Source of the DNA: Mytilus trossulus
Taxonomy: Eukaryota
DNA length: 64,000 bases
Direction: 5' to 3'
Assembly (NCBI RefSeq): GCF_036588685.1
Contig: NC_086375.1
Span: 22,506,001 to 22,570,000, forward strand
How positions within the stretch are numbered: the first letter of the stretch is position 1; each line of letters begins with the position of its first letter. The position numbers and the translations under genes were made by a program. The notes beneath the pieces were generated by a model that saw only the letters and a list, made by a program, of their open reading frames with translations, searched no databases and was not told the DNA's origin. This document shows, piece after piece, positions 35,971 through 49,900 of the stretch.

Positions 35971-38758
35971 ATTTGATACATATGTTTTTCTAAAACTTTA
36001 CAGTAAGTTATCCTATATATACTGCAAACACGCACACACCATCATGGAAATTTTAGAACGTAGTTGATAAAAACCACCCTGACCGATTTTACAATGACAT
36101 TGACATTTATAGTACGTGCTTAAATACTGGACATTAACTATTCTAATAAACTTGGTACATGGAATACTTCCTAACAAACATAATTTCATAAGTATATAGG
36201 CTTAGGTTTGTTTCCCTCGTAGTCATATACAATAGTAAATAACTGCGTGATTTAAGTACATACTCGTATGCAATTTTGCTATGACAGTACAATTTCCCGA
36301 ATACCGTATATGGTAACGACAACATGTGTTGGGTTTTTTTTTTTTTTTTTTAATTGTTGTGGTACCGTGAAAGGTATAACCATACTTATTTCTGGAAACC
36401 AGGTTGCTTTTTTATGTACCTTACTCAAGTCAATATAGTAAATCACTATGAATGGATGAAAAAAAAAATGGAATTTGTTTTTGATTTACATTTATTCATG
36501 TGTGTCACAGGTCGTTGAGCTCTGATGGTCTTCTAATTACATATATTCCTGAATATTATAGAATATTTTTCAGTGTATGTTGACTAACTGTGCTTGTTTG
36601 ATAACTGTTAAAATGATACATTATGCCTATCGCCCAGAAATAATACCGTTCCTTATGTCATCAGTGCTAGACTTAAGTATCAAGTGTTGAACAAAAGTCA
36701 TTGCATTACTGTTATAAGTCCAACAAATTAATCATCTAACTTGAAAGGAATACCAAAATGTGAAAAAAAAAATCAACAACGGCTTTGAAGGTGAAAATTT
36801 GATAAACAAAAACTTGAATACCATGAATATCAAAAAAGTTTAAAAAATTAAAAAAAGATTCTCTTTTAGGAATGTACAAAACCAGTTCTGAAAAAATATT
36901 GACGAATTTGCTTTTTCAAATTATGTACATTATTAATATGTTTTTTTCCTTCAACGTAAAGTAACGTTTATTTCCTTAAAAAATATTTTTGGCAGAAAAT
37001 GTAACTTGTAGATCAACAAAAAAATCTTCAAGATAGTGAATTTTCTACAAATGAATGACAACCGTATCCTTCCTTTCTGTCATAGCCAAGGTCATCACGT
37101 TGTTAATACTTTTCTTTTTAAAGACCGATTTCTTAAATTTTTAAATAATAAAAAGCTCAGATTGCATGAATACACGTTTGTTCGATTGAAAATCAAATAC
37201 AGATAATATAAAACAAACAAAAACGAGTATCGCCAGCTTACTAGGTTTTGTCGAAATTCTTCTTATAGACTGAAGATAATTATATTCAAAAATGTTTAAC
37301 AAAAAACTACCACACTACTTTTATTTAAAAAGGTGAAGTAGATAAAAACAAACAAAATTAAGTTTTATAATACGTGCGAACGAGTGAAAAACATTAATTT
37401 TCCAAGGTATGATTTTGATTGCTGACACGTGTCCATCGTTAACGTTTTGATGGTTAACAATGTCTGTGCGCTTGCGTCTTTAACCTTAATGTTTAATTTC
37501 ATCAAACATTGTCAGAATTTGCTACTTTGTTTACCCTTTCTGATTTTATTGCACTTACTAACAAGAAAAGCAACTATATGTAATGAATTAAGCAATTGTT
37601 TACATGTCAATATTCAATTTGAACATCATTCAGATTTCACATCTGGTTTTAGTGGAGTTCGTGTTGTTTCTTATTTATTATTTATAACTGTTGATGTAAA
37701 GGTCCTTTGGTTTTTTTAGTCTTTGTTTACTCCTTGGTTTGGATTGTTATTGTCTTGATAAAAAGTATAGAGGCCTGTTACTGTGTATTACATATATAGA
37801 GATGAAACTAAGTATGTCTATACAAATCTAATTCCATTCAGAAAAAAATACAAAGATCTATAATTTTCAGAACCTTATACTTTTACGGATTTAAAAAAAT
37901 ATATAATCAAAGTAGGGAATCCCTCCTGTTCTCTAATCTCTTGTTTATTCACCTTCAACTGATCCTGCTGCCAATTTAAGATATTATTCTCGTTTATGTC
38001 CTACGGTAGTTTACCACCTTCTTAATAAATATTGGTAAATAGAAAAAAAACAATATTTATTTACCAAAAAAACAGGATTTTTAAGGTTTTTTTATCTATA
38101 TTTTTTTATATTCAGTTCCAATATTATGAACTTATTACAAAAACACGCGTTGTACATATCATTTTTTTTGGTAAAAAGATTTAAAACGGATTATCAAAAA
38201 TGAAGGAAAAGTAGTTTTAGTGGATCAAAACGTTAAAATGGGGTTAACGGTTGTAAACTGAAATAAATTAAAAGTTTATGACTTTCTCTTTTAGTAAAGA
38301 ATTCCTTATCTATTCGGCAATAATGAAAGATTCACTGTTTATACTTTTTATGAAATCTGTATATTCATTCATATTGTAATTTTTAAAGTTGAAGGTTCTT
38401 TGTGGAGATAATATTCTCCTAATTTAACCTTATCAAAAACTAAGTCTTTATTAATATCTATATTAATCATAATTATGTCAACAAGGGGTTATACAGTCAA
38501 TATAAATGTCCAACTTGATGGAATGTATCCAGATTTAAAGGACAAGAAAAATCCTTAAATAACTCAAAAGATGAAAGTTTGAATCAAAAGTGTATGATTT
38601 TAAGATATCTACTAAACGGTGTCATTAGAGGTATACCTACCTGCAGATGTACATACATTTTTTTTTTTACATTTATGAATAAAATTGTTTATAGGGCTTA
38701 TTACAATGATTCCCCTTTTTCTTTATCTCTATATGATTTACAGCAATAGTTTTATATA

Positions 38759-39399
38759 TTAAAGGGCACTAGCTGTCAAATTCATGGTCATCGATTTGAC
38801 TCAAATTCTCATATTTGATTTATAACAATGTAAAACATTTATCCAAACTATAAAAAGTCTAAAATAAACAGTTTACAGAGCATGGGGTAGATAATATATA
38901 GGTTCGTTTCGTGTGTATTTTAGTCCAGACGCCATCTAACTAACTATCGATTTGACCTCAGATGACCACATAAGCGATGTAAACATAAATGAAGATATGA
39001 ATAGATTAAACCAACACGTGCAATTGGATTTTTATAGGTCTGTTTGTTTTTATTTTATAGATTAAAAATAGATGTTTCTCATTGCTCTTAATTGTATAAG
39101 AATGATTCTATGTGCATCGAATTAGTAATCAAATGATTTAACGTAGTTTCACTTTCATTGTTGACATTCGTTTTCTTTAAATAACCAGTACACGTACAAT
39201 GCATGCGCTGTCAATCTCTAGCTAGGGATTAAATTGACTTGCAAGTAAATAACTAATTATAAAGGTTTCTTAGCGTAATTTGACAAAATTGCACCTTTTT
39301 GGCTGCAAAAAGCGAATTGTTATTTCCCTATTTCACTTTCATTATTGATTGAACAAAACAAAAGATTTTTTATATATCTCGTAGCTAGTACCCCTTTAA
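38759..39399. mobile_element. Non-autonomous DNA transposon with TTAA TSD (Kolobok-like termini)
   Basis: TTAA-AGGGCACTAGCT ... AGCTAGTACCCCT-TTAA. The superfamily assignment is an inference. Confidence 0.75.
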
Positions 39400-41013
39400 G
39401 AATAATTTTAATAAACCGTGAATGTGGAAACTATCTCTATGTTTGGTCAGAAAAGCGATAAAAATCATTTAAAAATACAGCTATCTTTTCGGAAAATAAA
39501 AGTATTTTATTCAACAATAAGAGAATAATAGATCTTATTTTTTGCACCTCTAAATATCATCCTTTAAATGTCATGAATGGTTATACAAAATTATAACAAA
39601 CATTTCAAGCTCCAAAAAAAGAAAAAGTCAATAAAATCTGACAAATTCAAATATTAGACTTTATCTACAAGAGGAACATAAAAGAACATTTGCCGGAAAA
39701 TGTCTCTGTAAATTTAGCTCAATGAAATAATCTACTACCAAAAGATTTTCAGTTGAACTTATGATTGACAGTATATTCGCAGTGGACGTGTAAACACTAA
39801 TAATTTTCATTTCAAAAGGAGATCAGTTTTCATCTCTGTGCTACATGAATGAATGAATGAATGAATGAATATTCTATTTGTAAAAAATACTGTCTTTTTT
39901 AAATAGTAATTACCATAACATCAAATCACAATAGCGGCATGTAAAATTACGAACAACGCCAACAGGATATTGGCAAAAAAGGACTTAACAGAAAAGAAAA
40001 ATATAAAGACATTCTAAGTACCGGTATAATAACCTGAATTAATAATGCTGTATGATAAGGCTTAAATGCTGGGGAAAATGTAAGGCTCTGTCGAGATTTT
40101 CTAATATCAAAACCAAGACAAATACTTTCTATGTTTAAAAGGTTTATCTAGCTATACAACAAAGTTAAATTCGACATTTTCTTCATAAGGAAAAATTCAT
40201 ACCAAGTCAGGAATGTGTCAGTTGTTTTCCATTCGTTTGAATTGTTTGAGTTTTTGTTTTTTGCCATTTGAAAAAAGTAGAATAACAAAAATACTGAGCT
40301 CCGTGCAAAATTCAAAAAGGAAAGTCTCTAATCAAATTGAAAAGTTTTGTTTTGAATTACCAGGAGGTGGTTGTTTTTTTTATCTGTGTTATATAAGTTT
40401 TTTCTTACTATACACTATACTCCAATTATAATGCAATCGGAAACAATTTTGATGTCCACTTAACATATAATATATGGAAGGGTTGTTCATGTCATTTTGT
40501 CGATACAACGGAACAACTTGTACAAACAATTGTCATACAAGAGGGAAATTTAGCTAGCGATGAAACCAGGTTTAACCAATCATCTTCATTGGGAAATACA
40601 TGATTCAAGTCAGGATTATGACAGTTGTTTTCCATTAGTTCCGTTGATTGATAAAGTCTAATTCTTGATTATGTCTGTCTTTGTATACTTCCAAAAGATA
40701 ACGCAAACGATACTAAAGGGACATTCGAACACATAAATAGAAAATAAATTGAAAACGCTATGGCAAAGTTTACAGTTTTCATAACACAACATATTAAATT
40801 TGCCTTGCTACTTTTTATACTTATTTACATTAATAAAGTGTTATCAGGGTTTTTACTTCTTCAAAACTCCCTTTTACGGTTTACTTCTTACTTGCTGGCG
40901 TAAACTCGAAATATATACCTTAGCTGTATTTGGCATAACTTTTAGGAATTTTTGGTCCTCAATGCTCTTCAACTTCGTACTTTATTTGGCATATTAAACA
41001 TTTTTTTATTCGA

Positions 41014-41057
41014 GCGTCACTGATGAGTCTTTTGTAGACGTAACGCGCGTCTGGCGT
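41014..41057 (+). ncRNA. Family A hammerhead with GAAA changed to GTAA (probably inactive); unit fragment ~40905-41100
   Basis: GCGTCA-CTGATGA-GTC-TTTTGTA-GAC-GTAA-CGCGCG-TC-TGGCGT. Confidence 0.8.
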
Positions 41058-41109
41058 AAATATAAAATTTTGGTCCTGGTATCTATGATGAGTTTATTTG
41101 TTTAATCAG

Positions 41110-41722
41110 TAAAAGAGGGACGAAAGACACCAAAAAACAGTCAAACTCGTAAATCTAAAACAAACTGACAACGCCATGGCTAAAAATGAAAAAGACAAAC
41201 AGAAAAACAATAGTACACATGACACAACATAGAAAACTAAAGAATAAACAACACGAACCCCACCAAAAACTAGGGGTGATTTCAGGTGCTCCGGAAGGGT
41301 AAGCAGATCCTGCTCCACATGCGGCACCCGTCGTGTTGCTTATGTGATTACAAATCCGGTAAATATTCTAATTCGGTAGGTCAAATTCATGAAAGGGAAG
41401 GGGATTGTAGTTACGACGTAAGGAACATATCCGATATCATTTGTGAAACGGTTATTCCATAACGGTCAACCAACTCGTGATGGCGTCCGTAAAATTTACG
41501 AAGGGATGATTTCAACTTCACCATTTGGAACTCTTGGTTTAATAGCTTCCTTGTGAGCAGTAACCCTCTATCAAGAAAATCATGATAGGAAATGCAAGCA
41601 CGGGAATATCGTATCAATTGGGAGATATATACTCCGTATGCAGGTGCTGCTGGAATGTTGCTACTTAGAAATGGAAAGTTCACAATTGGAAAGCTGAAAT
41701 CATCTCTTTTGTCGTAAAGTGA
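41110..41722 (-). mobile_element. 5'-truncated Penelope-like retroelement (RT thumb plus 3' UTR)
   Basis: LYDKRDDFSFPIVNFPFLSSNIPAAPAYGVYISQLIRYSRAC..KFYGRH*. The ORF ends after the thumb with no C-terminal GIY-YIG, as in permuted-domain PLE clades. Confidence 0.85.
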
Positions 41723-42266
41723 GTTATTGTGCCTTATTACAGAATAAGACATAAATGTATTAGATTGTTATACGATTTTATCAACAAATAAAAACCATAA
41801 TACAATCTTTTTAATATTTTTTGAAGTGAAACTAGTTTATATTCGTGACCAACTCGCGGAAGTGTGAACTGTATACCAATGTCATCGGTTATTGTGGTTT
41901 ATAGCTTTATAAGTCAGTGACTGTATTAAACATAATTTTATAACGCATTTGATATCCTTGATAGAGGATAAGTGCTTATATATATGATATACAATCACCA
42001 TTTTTTTTTTATGAAAACCCTCGTGACGAATCTGACCTTGAAGGGAAACCTGTATTTAACTTGATGAGTTTGTTTTTCGTTGTCTTTAGATTTAGTCATT
42101 TGCGGTTTGTTTTTATTCTTTTTTATGATTTTCCATGGATTTATTAATCCTTCTTTGAATTTATACTTTTGAAAGCTCTTGTAAACTGAGTTTTGAATTC
42201 GATATAAGCTGACATTTACATAAGGGCAACTCGACGGGGGTACATGCTTGAAAGGATATAAACACT

Positions 42267-42456
42267 GTGTATCATAACCATCGTATAAAGATACCCTTGG
42301 CTTGGATCTCTGTTCATTGTCTAAGAAAAAACACCATTACTGTACAAATACCAGCGTATAGCTACCTGGGAACCCACATGTTGGTATTTGAATAGTAAAG
42401 TAGTTTTTCTTAGACAATGAACAGAGAACCAGGCCGAGAGTAGGTGATGATACACA
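42267..42456. repeat. Long imperfect inverted repeat downstream of paralog 5
   Basis: CTCTGTTCATTGTCTAAGAAAAA..CAAATACCA / TGGTATTTG..TTTTTCTTAGACAATGAACAGAG, with outer arms TGTGTATCAT / ATGATACACA. Confidence 0.8.
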
Positions 42457-42735
42457 ATTGATCATTCTCAATTCGTGCATTTGAAATGTTCCAATACTAA
42501 TTTCTCCAATTTTCTTGCGTATATGTATACGCCTTTGTATAAGATATCGTTACATGTTCAAAATGTAATATGTCTTTCATATCAGACAAAGGTAAATGTG
42601 CACACCTTAAATCAAAGTTAAAATAACAATGTTAGAATTATAAGCACTCATAATTTTACATGACAAAAACAAATTCCAGTATATTGGAATGATAGTATCA
42701 AACAAAAGTAAAATATATTCCGTGTCGTTAATTCT

Positions 42736-44250
42736 TTAAACAACATTTGCAAAATGACTGTTGGAATGTACGGTTGAGTGGATAGGTGTAGATGCGGTAT
42801 GTCCAGATCCCACCTTGTCGTCGGAGGCTTTAGTACTTGATTCTACCTTCTCGCGTTTTCTGCGCATTATGATGATAAACACTATTCCATTCAAAATACC
42901 ACCTACGTTGGAAAATGTTGTCACAAAATTGAATAAAAGAAATGGAACATCAGCAACCAACTGCCAAATACCATATAACGCCATTGCCCACCATTGAACG
43001 AAGAATGCTGCGACAAATAATGACATTGTTTTTGCAGCTTTATGTGAAGCTCTTAAAACTCTAGAGGACTTTCCGAGTGAATCTTTAATTTCTTTGGCTT
43101 CTTTATAGATCCTTAACCAACTTAAAATGTAAAGAATCGTGTTTATGACAACAACCATCAAAAGAGGTACTGTTGTGAAGAAAACACCCGTCCATTTTCC
43201 TTTAATTCCATCAAAATAACAGCTAAAAAGAAAAAAACAACTTCAGAAATTTTCAATATATATTTTAACAAACGAACTCATTGAATTGTGTAGGCCAATC
43301 TACGGAATGCGAACAGAAACATTCCTGATTAGTGTTTGCGAACAGATTAATTAATAAATTGGTATCAGTATTGTAACATTACAAACAGAACACTTTTTAT
43401 CTGATCGCAAAGTACGCGAATCAACCATTTTATTGTTTTGCGTACAACAATTAACCAGTTTTGGTATCACATTTTCTGTTCATCGAATGAAAACGTATAC
43501 ATGTATTTCATTGATATTAATCATGTTCTTAAAAGAATGAAATTGTGTTATAATTTCAATTTTTAACGTTATTCATATTAAAACAGAAATCAAATATTTT
43601 TCTATGGTTTTTTTTCTTCATAAAAGCGATTGAAACACAACAAAAGCATAAGCGTGACTGATATGGTAATATGAAGAAAATACATACAATGATCCATTAG
43701 GTCCAAGTTGTCCAAGGGAACCTGCAATGAGTCCACCTAAAGCTGGAGCACCGAAGATGTAGACCAACAGTCGGTAGTCGCATTTTCCGAAATTTAAGTG
43801 CTTACGGTAGAATACTAAAATGAATACATTAATGGCGACAATATTCACCATCAAATTTTGTGCTGTTATGAACTCAGCCAGCATAAATCCATAAAATGCA
43901 CAAAGCGATTTTGGTCTTGGTAATGTTTTTGTAACAGCAATGTGCATATGGTCGGTAAAATGCGCAGCGTTAAAAAGGGCGTCACATAGTGCCATGTATA
44001 CTACAAATCTCTCGCTTTTTGTCCACTGGAAAAAAGTTGAAAAATGTTGATGATAGAAAGAATATCCTATTATTGTTAATGCGCATATAAAACTTAAGCA
44101 AATACATATCAGCGCTGGCACGTGAATGTTATAAAATGTTCCCTCTTTAATTCCATACACGGGTATATCATAACCATCAACTAATGTTTTAACCCCTCCA
44201 AAAGAAGTTGTTGTAGAATTCGCAGCTAAAAGGGTCGTCATGTTGGACAT
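42736..44250 (-). CDS. Orphan 7-TM GPCR paralog 5; exons 44250-43688 and 43222-42736 (349 aa)
   Basis: GT at 43687 and AG at 43224-23 join GPNGS-F-CYFDG. Confidence 0.88.
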
Positions 44251-45009
44251 TTTTTAACTTAACTGTTCCTTTCACACTTCAAATGAATATTAAAGTCGCA
44301 AAAAAACAAATATCCGGCAAAAGGAAGCTTAAACTCTCATCCTTTGATTAGTTTACATCCTTGTAAATATCGATACTATCTGTGATTGAATTGTCACAAC
44401 AACTTCAAGTAGGTCTAACATTGATAGGACAAATATATACGTTTTATTTTGTTTTTAATAATTTTATTTCCTGAAAAAAAATAAATGAATAAAAAAATCG
44501 ATACGACCCAATCGTGAAAATCCTATTTTGAATAACAACCGGTTGTACATTGAACATCTGTTTTTTATATGTTTTATGTTCAAAATTCTTAAATCTATTT
44601 CGAATCGCCTGAAAATTGTGCACAACTTACTTTAAAAAATACTTCAAATGCATTGTACAAAAACTGTATAACCCGTTAACAACCTTTGATTAGTTATTCT
44701 TTTTATTACATTGGGAAATGGCTTTTTTTTTAAATTAATGTAAAACATGTAAAGAACTATATTTTTCATACGCATTCACAATTTTTTTTTTGATCCGCCG
44801 TTATGGACGTCCTGACAACGCCTATTGTTGTATGACGTCAGAGAGTGAAATAACGACGTTTATTTCAAATGTGAAATTATTGGTCTTTATTTAACTGTGA
44901 AATCAATGTTATTCATTGCAACCAATGTAATAAACACAAATATAAGATTTTCATCATCAGGTATACTAATAAAACAAATCTTAAAGTGACTATAGCACGA
45001 TTAAAAAAG

Positions 45010-45562
45010 CTATGACGTTAATCTGCATATATTGGACATTGCAATATAACATTTTTTTTTTCATTTTCAATGGCATGACTATTAACACAACCATTTGTCT
45101 AAACATATATTCTCCTATCTTCCCGTTTCTGTTCTAATAAGTGCAACACCACACCGAAATTTAGACATAGCACTACTGTATTTACCAGGCATATTTTTAA
45201 TCAAATAATTCCCAACACCATATACATATTTGAATTCTCTGTAAGTTCTTAATTTACTTGTATCATTAGACATTAATTTTATTAACCACTCTTGCTTAAA
45301 ATGTTCAAATAATACATTTACGATAACTGTTATAGTATTCTTACTTAGAATATAATTAGTATTACATAAATTATTCATACCAAGACTAAGAAATTTGGCA
45401 TATACTCTAAATTGCCATTTTTTTATTCTACCCTTTCGGAAAGAATTACTCACTCCATAAAAAAAAACTTTTGTATTCAACCTCTCATCGCACATTTTTG
45501 TTAATCGTGACCAGTTTCTAAATACACAAGACCATTGCTTTATACTACAAGGCATCAAGCCC
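45010..45562 (-). mobile_element. Non-LTR retrotransposon ORF2 C-terminal remnant (RTE-X/L2-group-like)
   Basis: SKLRTYREFKY..YL..SKFRCGVALIRTETGR followed by a decayed Cys/His knuckle (RIC..IENE..LQCP). The clade is not certain. Confidence 0.7.
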
Positions 45563-45886
45563 ATATTGGATATGTTCCTTTCGGCGTAACTACAATTCCC
45601 TTCCCTTTCATGAATGTGACCTACCGAATTTACCGGATTTTTTTTATCACATAAGCAACCCGACGGGTGCAACATGTGGAGCAGGATCTGCTTACCATTC
45701 CGGAGCACCTGAGATCACCCCTAGTTTTTAGTGGGGTTCATGTTGATTATTCTTTAGTTTTCTATGTTGAGTCATGTGTACAATTGTTTGTCTGTTTGTC
45801 TTTTTAATTTTTAGTCATAGCGTTGTCAGTTTATTTTCGCTTTATGAGTTGGACTGTCCCTGTAGTATCTTTCGTCCCTCTTTTTT
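45563..45886 (+). mobile_element. Penelope-like element 3' UTR fragment abutting the LINE remnant
   Basis: Matches the reverse complement of 41110-41435. Confidence 0.8.
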
Positions 45887-46419
45887 AACACAAACTAATA
45901 TTTTCACTGAAAATAATTCATCAATAGGTGATCATGAAATCATTGGAATTGTTTCCCTTTCAACATTATAGCTCTCTTGTATAAATTCAATATGATGTCA
46001 ATCGTTTATAATTTTCTGAACTGTCAATCATATGTTCCAGATCGATCATGATTAAAAATATGCAAATTAAATATAGTTGTTATATCCCATCAAATCTACT
46101 TCAGAATTCAAAATAACAAAAATGCAGAACTCCAGGGAAAATTGCTAGCTCTCCTAAACAATATACTTACTTATAATTACGAGTAAATATTCGTATCATA
46201 TTTGCTTCAATAGAAAAAAATCTACACAATACTTTCCATTGCATTGCAGATTTTTCAGGTTTTGATTTAACTTGTTTTATTTTTAAAAATAAAAGTCAAT
46301 GAAAACGCTGGAAGATAACTCACGTTACAAAGGTTTAAAAAATCAAATGCAACGAATGCCACAAATTGCATTAGGCTTTGGGTACAGTTATAAAATAGAT
46401 CTTTTAGCGTTTATCTCAT

Positions 46420-46933
46420 TGGGACTCATACGATTTTACTGTGCTTGCATTTTCTATCATGATTTCCTTGATGGAGGGTTGCTGCTCACAAGGAAGCTAT
46501 TTAACTAACAGTTCCAAATGGTGAAGTTGGAATCATCACTTCGTAAATTTTACGGACGCCATCACGAGTTGGTTGACCGTTATGGAATAACCGTTGCACA
46601 AATGATATCGGATATGCTCCTTACGTCGTAACTACAAACTCCTTCCCTTTCATGAATGTGACCTACCGAATTAGACCACTTACCGGATTTTTTATCACAT
46701 AAGCAACACGACGGGTGCCACATGTGGAGCAGGATCTGCTTACCCTTCCGGAGCACCTGAGATCACCCTTAGTTTTAAGTGGGGTTTGTGTTGTTTATTG
46801 TTTAGTTTTCTATGTTATGTCATGTGTATTATTGTTTGTCTGTTTGTCTTTTTTATTTTTAGCCATGGCGTTGTCAGTTTATTTTCGATTTATGAGTTTG
46901 ACTGCCCCTCTGGTATCTTTCGTCCCTCTTTTC
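46420..46933 (+). mobile_element. 5'-truncated Penelope-like element (same family as 41110-41722)
   Basis: LIRFYCACIFYHDFLDGGLLLTRKL followed by a closely matching 3' UTR. Short tail fragments also occur at ~2900-2960 and 61376-61449. Confidence 0.85.
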
Positions 46934-49900
46934 TAACATCTTTTACCGATTTATAAATTGAACAATACGACAAGGATAATAGGAATTATTGGAAATGTTG
47001 GACATAACAACAGTCCATGCCAACCATTAATTCCCAAGTTTTCGTTTATGTTGGAATAAATTTATGTTTAGCTTTACACTCTTGATTCTATCCTATTTTT
47101 TTTATTTTGATATTAATTTCATTAACCGTACTTCATATCAAAGCCTCTAGTTGGCTTCATTCTTATCATTGTGTAAGTAAGAATAGACTTCTGGTCTATG
47201 CATATGTTAAGTCTCCCTAGATTTTTCGTGGTAAATATTTGTTTTTACATATTGTTCAGAATTAGTTCAATCAATTTATCTTAAAACAAAAAAGTTTGCA
47301 GACAAATAATTTTCTCAAAATGTTTTCCCTATCAAAAATACTTAGTATTAAAAAGGTTAAATACTGTCCATCGTAAGAACAGTAATCCATACATATAACT
47401 CTCAATTTTCGGTATTGTATACACTATTCTTTAAATTTTCTAAATGTTATAAACGAACAACATATCAATTCAGCTGTGCACTGATTTATCCTTTCTTACA
47501 CACTAACTTCTATTTCTGTGATCTGATGGTATAGTGTAACAATATCGAGAACGAACGGTTGTGGGTTCGACCTCTAACCAGGTCAAAACTAAGATTTGAA
47601 AATGTGTTTTGCCTTAATATCATCAAGCACACGTCATTGATGGTAGATGTGTAAAACCACCAAATCATGGTACGTCTCATCCGGCTGTATACGAAAATAA
47701 GTCGTAAAAATATTCCCTTGAATTTTACAGTTGTATATAATTAATCCTACATTTTATTGCAGTAAAACATTTATGTGTCATAAACACATGTCATGGGTAT
47801 TTCAAAGCGCCGTTATTTTTTTTATTTGGGGTTTCTATAGAATGTTTTGGAAACTTGAGGTTACATGGTTACAAAAGCTTTTACACAGGCTAAATAAGTA
47901 TGGAAATTTGTTTGGTTAACTTCCATTGATGGTTATTTTCTTATGTGCAATGAAATGTTTTGTGAAATTTTTTCTATAGTAATTGACAGGATAAAACTTT
48001 ACTCATGCCAAGTATTTCTTTACTTGAAACAAAGATAAATTCTGCACAATTTTTTGAAAAGTGCAAATTGAACAAATACTAAGAGGTGAAACTCAATGGT
48101 TGAATTACACCTTAAGAGCAATCAATGGTAGGACCGGAATCGTGATAGCATGTATTCATGCGAATTTTCATTATAATTCACCAGCATTCAGCGGTCTTTC
48201 ATTTAATTGACCCTCTAAACTATTCTTTCCTTTCTTAAAATGATTTTAGATCTAACACACATTTCTTGTCATTTTATACCCGTCCTAAATATGCATGAAA
48301 TGTTTGCCACTGATCGTTGGGCTAACAACAATGAAAAGATATGTTGTGTTTCTTAAATTTAGTAAAGGAATATGATCATATTTTTCATAGAAGACTGGAA
48401 TCATTAATCATATCAAAATTCATTGTCATTACCGGTAGAGTGTTTCTAATTTGTGCTACAATCGATCATTTTACTAAAAAATATTACCTGATAAAGAATA
48501 ACGACACGTTCCTGTTTCTGATCTCAAACAAATTAATTTTAGACTTTATCGTGCTTATTTGGGGTATTGGATTTTCTGTTTTTGTTTTATTAATATCACT
48601 TCAATTCTAAAATCACTTCCGATAAGAAGTAAAATAAAGTCTTAAATGTTTGTTTTTACTTTTTTCGACCGATTGATTTATTCACTTTATAGATATTGTA
48701 AATACATCAATCGTTTCAAAATAAAAACTATATTTAGTTAATTGACTTTCCCACGTTCTTGAAAATTTAAAATAGCCTATATTTCAACACGAATTAGATG
48801 GCGCAAAGCACATGCGGATATTGCGTGTTATTGAAATTGAATATTTTAAATCAAAACTGAATTTAGAATGTAATAAACCAGGCCTTAAGTTTGTTAGCTT
48901 CCTTTGGCATTTACAAATTATTAGATTACTTAAAAGAACGTTAGTCCTACTTTTAATGTAAGCTAAAATATTAATCAAATCGACAAAGCTTCTATGTCAC
49001 TGTTGCATATAATACTTCAAATGCATATCTTAAATTTGATTTAGAGTTTCAAAAATATTAATTATAAAAAATAACTATACATTGTGGTGGGTTGTTTTTC
49101 AGTCTATCTTTAAATAGTTTAAAAAAAACATTTTCATATATAATGTTAGAATTTTGGATAAATATACGATAAAAACGAATGTGTGGTAAACCCCACTAGA
49201 CAGCTTCTCTATGAGATGAAGCATCAGCAATAATACCGCCATATTCTATGTGAGTCATTTGGTCTCTGCATGGTACAGTTCAGTAAAGACAATCATGCAA
49301 CATCTTCTTATTTTTATATTTTTACAAACATTAAGATATATCATATGTCAACATCTGACTAGCTGTCTGAAAGGCACATTACAATATAGAAGAATGAATT
49401 AACTTTAAGATCTTGAATAATATTTCCAAATTGTTAATATAGAGTTTTGTAAAAAAAGTATGTCAATTAATTTAATCAGCTGATTATTCCCTGGGTAGTC
49501 AGTGGATTGTAACAGGGTACGTCAAGAGAAGCTTGGAATCTTGATAGTTTATGTAACAAGCAATATTTGATGAATAAAATTATGATGTAGTTAAAAAAAA
49601 ACAAAAAAAACTTTAAGATCTTTTATTTGTTCATATCATGCGCCAGACGATGTCACCGGTTGAACAAGAAATCTTCCAAGAGCACTTTAGATCACTACTG
49701 GCATACACTCTAAACAAGTACAGGAATAACACTAACACTATAATAATAATTAACTGCTAAACGGTAACAAAAACACAATAATAATTTTTAAATCATACAG
49801 TTTTAAAGAATGCTCGCAAGAGCCAAAAGCAAGCTAACATTGAACATTACTTAATCTGCTAAGAAATCGCGATATTTCAAATTATTCTTAGTTTTGCCAT

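Noticed and set aside
41106-41327. Repeated ORF MPHVEQDLLTLPEHL.. (also 46715..46936)
   Set aside because: It lies within the PLE 3' UTR repeat; recurrence reflects repeat copies, and the frame is broken in the 45563-45886 copy.
45563-45708. First ~48 aa of the 197-aa ORF 45115..45708
   Set aside because: Chance read-through from the antisense PLE 3' UTR into the LINE remnant; not a gene.
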